From the IMG/VR virus record IMGVR_UViG_3300045988_009456, positions 1 through 5,972 of that record: DNA of 5,972 bases; one strand, written 5' to 3'. Shown piece after piece: positions 1 to 4,019 of the stretch. Position numbers and translations under genes: made by a program. The first letter of the stretch is position 1, and every line of letters starts with the position of its first letter. A model generated the notes under the pieces. It was given only the letters and a program-made list of their open reading frames with translations, was not told the origin of the DNA and did not search any database. This stretch comes from a virus.

Positions 1-27
1 AATCAAAAAACAGACGAAGAAAAAAGG

Positions 28-54
28 GACACTCTAACAGTGTCACAGTGTCAC
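28..54 (+). repeat. Short inverted repeat GACACT(28-33)/AGTGTC(39-44) spanning the Rep stop codon, plus tandem direct repeat CAGTGTCA x2 (38-45, 46-53)
   Basis: Read directly. GACACT can pair with either AGTGTC copy (39-44 or 47-52). The element lies immediately 5' of the 13-bp stem-loop. Confidence 0.7.
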
Positions 55-55
55 C

Positions 56-89
56 TAGCCCAGTACCTATCAAGTAAGGTACTGGGCTA
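56..89 (+). repeat. Perfect 13-bp stem-loop (TAGCCCAGTACCT / AGGTACTGGGCTA) with 8-nt loop ATCAAGTA; candidate replication origin or end-of-operon terminator
   Basis: Left arm 56-68 is the exact reverse complement of right arm 77-89, and the loop is 69-76. It sits 19 nt after the Rep stop. No clean T-tract follows (TTGTCGTCT). Confidence 0.8.
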
Positions 90-148
90 TTGTCGTCTAA
101 AGACTCCATGTATCAATCTAATCAGTCTATCAAATAGCTATATCTTAT

Positions 149-191
149 CGCGCGTGCACGCGCGCGCGAAACGCGCACGCGCGCACGCGCG
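149..191 (+). repeat. GC-rich imperfect hairpin made of two 20-nt perfectly alternating pyrimidine-purine tracts around an AAA loop
   Basis: 149-168 CGCGCGTGCACGCGCGCGCG, loop 169-171 AAA, 172-191 CGCGCACGCGCGCACGCGCG. There are 21 stem positions, of which 19 pair; mismatches are 163/177 and 158/182. Composition is sharply unlike the A-rich remainder of the genome. Confidence 0.85.
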
Positions 192-205
192 GCTCTTCAG
201 CGCTA

Positions 206-235
206 TTGTTCGCAAGCTCACAAGCGCTGTATAAT
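206..235 (+). promoter_or_regulatory. Candidate sigma70/sigmaA-type promoter: TTGTTC (206-211), 18-nt spacer, TATAAT (230-235)
   Basis: There is a perfect -10 hexamer and a weak -35 (3/6). It lies in non-coding DNA upstream of the whole + strand gene string. The 7-bp inverted repeat CAGCGCT (198-204)/AGCGCTG (223-229) brackets the -35 and spacer. Host promoter rules are unknown. Confidence 0.3.
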
Positions 236-276
236 ATATAACTTGTTGTAGTCGTAGTAGTAGGCAATGTGGAAAA

Positions 277-442
277 GTTGAAAAGTACGAAAATTTAACG
301 ATAAAGCGTAAATAAAAGACAAAAAATACTGTTGAAAGTTTCGTTGAAAACTTGTTGAATTGTTGAAAGTTCATCAAAATGACGAAAAACATTGTGCAAC
401 TTTATGTTGAAAACCTGTTGAAAGTGTTGAAAGCGTTGAAAA
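277..442 (+). repeat. Iteron-like array: nine direct copies of GTTGAA(A) in one orientation
   Basis: Copies start at 277, 331, 343, 354 (GTTGAAT), 362, 406, 417, 426 and 435. They form two clusters of four (331-369 and 406-442) with 8-12 nt periodicity, plus an outlier at 277. A given hexamer is expected about once per 4 kb. Confidence 0.85.
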
Positions 443-597
443 CGCGCACAGCGCTAACAATGAATGAATTATCCGAGTTCCGCTTGCGCTACACACGGAA
501 GGGCGCTAAAGCGCCATTCAAAACAAAGGAGCAAAACCGGATTACAAAATTATTACAAAATGCAAAAAACATTGAAAGAACTCTTGACAAGTGGTAA
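379..597 (+). CDS. Hypothetical protein, 72 aa (doubtful; an alternative start ATG 460 gives 45 aa)
   Basis: Open frame from the ORF track. No convincing Shine-Dalgarno. Its first 20 codons are simply the second GTTGAAA repeat cluster read in frame (VENLLKVLKALK). It competes with the overlapping frame 464-649. Confidence 0.3.
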   Translation: MTKNIVQLYVENLLKVLKALKTRTALTMNELSEFRLRYTRKGAKAPFKTKEQNRITKLLQNAKNIERTLDKW

Positions 598-632
598 AAT
601 TAAATCAGAAAAAGAAAAGGAGGCAAAACACC

Positions 633-785
633 ATGAAAGGCTACGATGAATCTACAGGACTATTTAAATCCCGATACTACGCAAAAAAATACGCAAAAGG
701 CGATGAGGTAGCCGTAAAAGTTGAGGGTGGATACACAATAATGACCGCCGATTATTATTACAAAATCTGGAAAACACAAAAATGA
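633..785 (+). CDS. Hypothetical small Tyr/Lys-rich protein, 50 aa (MKGYDESTGLFKSRYYAKKYAKGDEVAVKVEGGYTIMTADYYYKIWKTQK)
   Basis: Strong SD AAGGAGG at 618-624, 8 nt before ATG 633. The track's GTG 591 start has no SD. The stop overlaps the next start in ATGA (782-785). Confidence 0.65.
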   Translation: MKGYDESTGLFKSRYYAKKYAKGDEVAVKVEGGYTIMTADYYYKIWKTQK

Positions 786-1189
786 AAGGATTGACAAAAA
801 TGCTTAGAAGCTATATCATGAACACAGATGGAAATGTACAGCTTGGAAGACATTTCAAGGTAAAAGAATTTGCTTGCAAAGATGGTAGTCCAATAGTATT
901 TATAGACGACTACTTATACACCGTCCTGGATATCCTGCGACATAAAATTGAAAAGCCAGTCGTAATCACCAGCGGATACCGTACACCAGAATGGAACGAA
1001 AAATGCGGGGGAGCAAAATACAGCTACCACATGCGCGGTATGGCAGCAGACATCCGGGCGAACGGAATGAGCGCAAAAGAACTTGCCAACAAACTGAATG
1101 CAATCATCCCGGATGAATGCGGCATTATCGTATACAACAGCTGGGTACATTTCGATGTACGGACCAGCAAATACAGAAAGGGGGTGTAA
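782..1189 (+). CDS. Zinc metallopeptidase, peptidase M15 family (M15_3 / YcbK-MepK-like cell-wall peptidase); putative lysin
   Basis: Motif string FKVKEFACKDG...VVITSGYRTPEWNEKCGGAKYSYHMRGMAADI...WVHFDVR matches the M15 pattern SGYR-x3-N-x3-GG-x3-S-x-H-x2-G-x-A-x-D ... VH-x-D. Predicted Zn ligands are H83, D90 and H123, with H-x6-D spacing. The start is uncertain: ATG 782, 800 and 818 are all in frame. Confidence 0.88.
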   Translation: MKGLTKMLRSYIMNTDGNVQLGRHFKVKEFACKDGSPIVFIDDYLYTVLDILRHKIEKPVVITSGYRTPEWNEKCGGAKYSYHMRGMAADIRANGMSAKELANKLNAIIPDECGIIVYNSWVHFDVRTSKYRKGV

Positions 1190-1191
1190 AA

Positions 1192-1308
1192 ATGGCGTTG
1201 ATTTCCATTAAGGAGGTCAAACAGGCAATCAAAATCATGATGCAGATCCTGGAAAAGCTCGACGAAATTTACCACGCACTGCACGACAGCGTCGAAGAAA
1301 AGGAGTAA
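1192..1308 (+). CDS. Hypothetical small helical/acidic protein, 38 aa (MALISIKEVKQAIKIMMQILEKLDEIYHALHDSVEEKE)
   Basis: ATG lies 2 nt after the peptidase stop, with an AAGGGGG run 6-7 nt upstream. It exactly fills the gap to the next gene and carries that gene's SD in its last codons. It is short, so support is moderate only. Confidence 0.45.
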   Translation: MALISIKEVKQAIKIMMQILEKLDEIYHALHDSVEEKE

Positions 1309-1312
1309 AACA

Positions 1313-1540
1313 ATGACGTACAAAACATGGAATGTAAGGGACCAGCCCAAAGAAACGCTAGAAAGACAGCTCGAAAAAAAATACAAAGAAATTAACAGCA
1401 ATTACAGAATGCTTAGAAGAGTGTCGAACATCGATGATGCAAAAATGCTGATAGATGAAATTTGGCAGATGAAAAGCTTCGCGAACACGATTGAGATGGA
1501 ATTAATGAGAAGGGAGTGTAACGATGGCACGACATCGTAA
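1313..1540 (+). CDS. Hypothetical protein, 75 aa
   Basis: SD AGGAG at 1301-1305, 7 nt before ATG 1313. The frame is open in an A-rich sequence. No motif recognised. Confidence 0.65.
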   Translation: MTYKTWNVRDQPKETLERQLEKKYKEINSNYRMLRRVSNIDDAKMLIDEIWQMKSFANTIEMELMRRECNDGTTS

Positions 1541-1646
1541 GAAAATGAACGGCGCAAAAGACCGCCGCATGTTCAACGCAACAGCACGAAAGACCAAAAC
1601 CATCAACCTAAGTCAAAAGCCCATGCGCGGCGGCATCCGGCTGTAA
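1524..1646 (+). CDS. Small highly basic DNA-binding/packaging protein, 40 aa (phiX J-like; gokushovirus ORF8/VP8-like)
   Basis: Translated by hand as MARHRKKMNGAKDRRMFNATARKTKTINLSQKPMRGGIRL. It is Arg/Lys-rich, with a C-terminal MRGGIRL of the kind I recall from gokushovirus ORF8 proteins. SD GGGAG at 1512-1516. It overlaps the previous ORF by 17 nt in another frame and is below the ORF track's length cut-off. Confidence 0.75.
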   Translation: MARHRKKMNGAKDRRMFNATARKTKTINLSQKPMRGGIRL

Positions 1647-1662
1647 AAGAAAGGAAAAAACA

Positions 1663-1902
1663 ATGGAACATCTGTATTTCGGAATTTGGGACAACGTAGC
1701 AAAGTGCTACGCATGGGTAGGCGAAAACAAGAACAACGCAACCTTTGCACGAATGTGCAACGTAATGGCAAAGGACGAAAAGACATTCATTGGGCAGGCA
1801 CCGGAAGACTATCTCGGCTACAAACTGGCAACGTTCAATGACGAAAGCGGCGTTTTCACCAACGACAAGGAGAAAGTGTGGGAGGGCAAAGCGGGTGAAT
1901 AA
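1663..1902 (+). CDS. Small conserved non-structural protein, 79 aa, VP5/ORF5-like (recollection-based)
   Basis: The pattern F-x-I/V-x-D-x-V/K-A-x-x-Y ... A-x-R ... PEDY-x-L-x-x-L/G-x-F-D/N-x-x-x-G-x-F resembles the small gokushovirus protein usually encoded next to VP3/VP4. AAAGGA lies 7 nt upstream of the ATG. Confidence 0.6.
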   Translation: MEHLYFGIWDNVAKCYAWVGENKNNATFARMCNVMAKDEKTFIGQAPEDYLGYKLATFNDESGVFTNDKEKVWEGKAGE

Positions 1903-1910
1903 ACGATACG

Positions 1911-1936
1911 AAGAAGGGCGAGAGCCCTTCTTTTCT
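1911..1936 (+). terminator. Intrinsic-terminator-like hairpin (stem AAGAAGGGC/GCCCTTCTT, GAGA tetraloop, T-rich tail)
   Basis: Arms 1911-1919 and 1924-1932 pair perfectly and the loop is 1920-1923. TTTTCT is at 1931-1936. It lies in the 49-nt gap between the VP5-like ORF and the scaffold gene. Confidence 0.5.
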
Positions 1937-1951
1937 GAACCGGGCGAAAAA

Positions 1952-2293
1952 ATGCGGAAGCAATACGTCTGGACAAGAAACGAAAAAGGGCAAGAAGTGC
2001 TACAAGAAACAGCGCCAATCGACATTCAGCAGGAAATCGAAAGCTATGCAGACGAATGCGACATTAAAAACATCGTTCGAAAAGCAAGCTTTGACCCGGA
2101 ATTTCTCAAAAGTCTATCCGAAGGCGCAATGACAGGGGCAGAAGTGGATGTGACGGAATGGCCGCAAAACATCCACGAATATCACCGAATGGTTGCAACC
2201 GCACAGGCAAACGCCATGAAAATCGAAGAACTGCAAAAAATGACAGCGGAAGAAGCAAAAGCAGAACCTAAAACAAAGGAGGGAGAAAAGTGA
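1952..2293 (+). CDS. VP3: Internal scaffolding protein, VP3-like, 113 aa
   Basis: It sits immediately upstream of VP1 and is coupled to it (GTGA overlap at 2290-2293). It has an ECDIKNIVRK motif like the ECDINxI motif I recall in gokushovirus VP3, and an acidic/Lys-rich C-terminus. The first ATG in frame is after the hairpin. The TTG 1790 start in the track overlaps the previous gene and has no SD. Confidence 0.6.
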   Translation: MRKQYVWTRNEKGQEVLQETAPIDIQQEIESYADECDIKNIVRKASFDPEFLKSLSEGAMTGAEVDVTEWPQNIHEYHRMVATAQANAMKIEELQKMTAEEAKAEPKTKEGEK

Positions 2294-3981
2294 ATCGAAA
2301 CAATGAACGACACTTTAACCAGGTTCCGAAAATGGAAGCAAGCCGAACCCGATTCAGGCGTGACCAGACGATTTTAACGACATTTGATTCCGGCAAACTG
2401 ATTCCGTTTTACGTTGACGAGGTGTTACCGGGAGACACATTCAGCGTGGATACATCGGCGATTATCCGAATGACCACACCAAAATACCCAGTGATGGACG
2501 ATGCATTCATTGATTTCTACTACTTCTACTGTCCTAATAGAATTCTGTGGGACAACTTCAAATACTTCATGGGCGAAGTCGAGGAGGCCCCGTGGATGCC
2601 AACAAAAACATACAAAGTACCAAAAATAAAAATCAACGAAGGAGGAACCGTAGCACCAAAAACGATCCCAAAAGAAAAATCAATCCTAGACTACATGGGA
2701 GTACCAACAAAAACAGAAAAAGGATTTAACATAAACGCCTTACCAATCAGAGCGTATGTGAAAATTTGGAACGAATTCTTCCGAGACGAAAACGTGGAAA
2801 ATGCCGCCACAATCAAAACAGACGATGAAGATGTGGCATACTTAGACAACTACGAAGACGATAATATAGAAGAAACTATTAAATACGCATACAGAGGCGG
2901 CAGATGCTTACCGGTAAACAAGTTCCACGACTACTTTACCAGCTGTCTGCCTTATCCTCAGCGCGGGCCGGAAGTAACGCTGCCAATGACAGGCAATGCA
3001 CCAATCAGATTAGGGAATGGAAACGGAGAATACCAAGAGAGCAACGGGCCAATAGAAATGGTAATAGGTGTATTAAACAAAAATACACCGGGATCTCTAA
3101 GCTATACAAACGCAACGGGAGCACCCGGAGAAAAAAAAGCGATGCAATTCACCGGAACAGAAAGAACGTCCAGCGAAACAGGAGGCGGCGGGTGGATGTA
3201 TGCAGACCTTGCATCAGTCACGGCAGCAACCGTCAACGATTTACGCAAAGCCGTAGCAGTACAGCAGTACTACGAGGCGATGGCACGAGGCGGCAGTCGA
3301 TACCGCGAACAGGTAAAGGCACTATGGAATGTGGTCATCTCAGACAAAACTGTACAAGTGCCAGAGTATCTAGGCGGCGGCAGATATCATGTCAACATTA
3401 ACCAAATCGTGCAGACCAGCGGACAGCAGGCAAACAACGATACGCCCATCGGCGAAACTGGCGCAATGTCAGTAACGCCAATCAACGAAAGTAGTTTCAC
3501 AAAATCCTTTGAAGAGCACGGATTTATCATTGGGGTATGCTGCGTAAGGCACAACCGAACTTATCAACAGGGTCTCGAAAGGTTCTGGAGCCGGGAAGAT
3601 AGACTCGACTATTACGTGCCACAATTCGCCAATTTGGGAGAGCAGCCGGTAAAGAAAAAAGAAATCATGTTGACCGGTAATGAAACTGACGAAGAAACAT
3701 TTGGCTATCAAGAAGCATGGGCAGACTACAGAATGAAGCCCAATCGTGTATCCGGCCTTATGAGAAGCAACGCAACAGGAACGCTAGACTTCTGGCACTA
3801 TGCAGACAACTATTCAGATGTGCCCACACTCTCGCAAGAGTGGATGACAGAAGGAAAAACCGAAATCGCAAGAACGCTTATCGTACAAAACGAGCCTCAA
3901 TTCTTCGGAGCAATCCGTGTAGCAAACAAGACCACAAGACGGATGCCGTTGTACAGCGTACCGGGCTTGTACAAAATGTAA
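2290..3981 (+). CDS. VP1: Major capsid protein VP1 (Microviridae F-protein family), 563 aa
   Basis: Motifs include SRTRFRRDQ..TTFDSGKLIPFYVDEVLPGDTF, FYCPNRILWDNF, TVNDLRKAVAVQQYYEAMARGGSRYREQVKALWNV and VPEYLGGG. GTG start with SD AAGGAGGG at 2276-2283. Confidence 0.95.
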   Translation: MNRNNERHFNQVPKMEASRTRFRRDQTILTTFDSGKLIPFYVDEVLPGDTFSVDTSAIIRMTTPKYPVMDDAFIDFYYFYCPNRILWDNFKYFMGEVEEAPWMPTKTYKVPKIKINEGGTVAPKTIPKEKSILDYMGVPTKTEKGFNINALPIRAYVKIWNEFFRDENVENAATIKTDDEDVAYLDNYEDDNIEETIKYAYRGGRCLPVNKFHDYFTSCLPYPQRGPEVTLPMTGNAPIRLGNGNGEYQESNGPIEMVIGVLNKNTPGSLSYTNATGAPGEKKAMQFTGTERTSSETGGGGWMYADLASVTAATVNDLRKAVAVQQYYEAMARGGSRYREQVKALWNVVISDKTVQVPEYLGGGRYHVNINQIVQTSGQQANNDTPIGETGAMSVTPINESSFTKSFEEHGFIIGVCCVRHNRTYQQGLERFWSREDRLDYYVPQFANLGEQPVKKKEIMLTGNETDEETFGYQEAWADYRMKPNRVSGLMRSNATGTLDFWHYADNYSDVPTLSQEWMTEGKTEIARTLIVQNEPQFFGAIRVANKTTRRMPLYSVPGLYKM

Positions 3982-3991
3982 AAAAGGAGGA

Positions 3992-4017
3992 AGCCCGGAG
4001 AAATCCGGGCTATTTTT
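3992..4017 (+). terminator. Intrinsic-terminator-like hairpin after VP1 (stem AGCCCGGA/TCCGGGCT, GAAA tetraloop, ATTTTT tail)
   Basis: Positions 3992-3999 pair with 4004-4011 (8 bp, 6 of them GC). The loop is 4000-4003 and T5 is at 4013-4017. It lies 11 nt after the VP1 stop and directly before the VP2 ATG. Confidence 0.6.
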
Positions 4018-4019
4018 AA

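Larger units (their letters stand above)
1..119. repeat. Terminal direct repeat, copy 1 (wrap-around of a circular genome); 1-37 duplicates the last 12 codons + stop of the Rep CDS
   Basis: Base-by-base identity of 1-119 with 5854-5972. The Rep stop TAA at 5888-5890 corresponds to 35-37. Confidence 0.95.

Noticed and set aside
40-234. 64-aa + strand ORF starting at GTG 40
   Set aside because: It runs straight through the tandem repeat, the 13-bp stem-loop and the CG-alternating hairpin (giving the ARAKRARAHAR repeat). It has no SD and starts 3 nt after the Rep stop. It is best explained as chance read-through of structured non-coding DNA.
225-412. dif/XerCD-like recombination site, as used by some integrating Microviridae. 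Candidates are TGTATAATATATAAC (228-242) and TTATGTTGAAA (402-412, 9/11 to the E. coli XerD arm TTATGTTAAAT).
   Set aside because: For 228-242 the flanking arms match dif consensus poorly (about 5/11 on the XerD side). For 402-412 the required XerC arm (385-395, AAAAACATTGT) shows essentially no match, and the similarity derives from one iteron copy. No integrase is present and there is no evidence of integration.
277-442. GTTGAAA repeats as a CRISPR array (many CRISPR repeats end in (A/G)TTGAAA(C/G))
   Set aside because: The units are only 7-8 nt with 1-5 nt between them inside each cluster. There are no 25-40 nt repeats or spacers, so the geometry is that of iterons, not CRISPR.
502-515. 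Small hairpin GGCGC-TAAA-GCGCC
   Set aside because: It has only 5 bp, lies inside a possible coding frame, and is too short to separate from chance. It is noted only because GCGC-rich palindromes recur in this leader.
584-605. TTGACA at 584-589 followed by TAAAAT/TTAAAT
   Set aside because: The spacer to any -10-like hexamer is only 5-10 nt, which is incompatible with a sigma70-type promoter.
591-632. GTG 591 start for the 64-aa version of ORF 591-785
   Set aside because: The perfect AAGGAGG at 618-624 lies inside this extension and is correctly spaced for ATG 633. The extension itself is the poly-Lys/Arg translation of an A-rich leader.
464-649. 61-aa ORF in a second frame of the leader (internal ATG 560 gives 29 aa)
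   Set aside because: There is no SD for either start. It overlaps both ORF 379-597 and the SD and start of ORF 633-785. There is no way to prefer it from sequence alone, and at most one of the two leader frames is likely to be real.
791-819. Near-consensus sigma70 promoter TTGACA, 17 nt, TATCAT inside the 5' end of the peptidase ORF
   Set aside because: The predicted transcript start (about 826) would fall downstream of all three candidate peptidase start codons, with no in-frame ATG before the catalytic domain. It is therefore either a chance match in A/T-rich coding sequence or an internal promoter for downstream genes, which cannot be decided from sequence.
1117-1191. Upstream part of ORF 1117-1308 overlapping the peptidase 3' end
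   Set aside because: The internal ATG 1192, just after the peptidase stop and with a purine-rich SD-like run, gives a non-overlapping 38-aa product. The upstream part is an alternative frame of the conserved VHFD region.
1790-1951. N-terminal extension of the VP3-like ORF from TTG 1790 (track gives 167 aa)
   Set aside because: The extension overlaps the VP5-like gene in another frame, crosses the terminator-like hairpin, has no SD and encodes Arg-rich low-complexity sequence. ATG 1952 is the first ATG after the hairpin.
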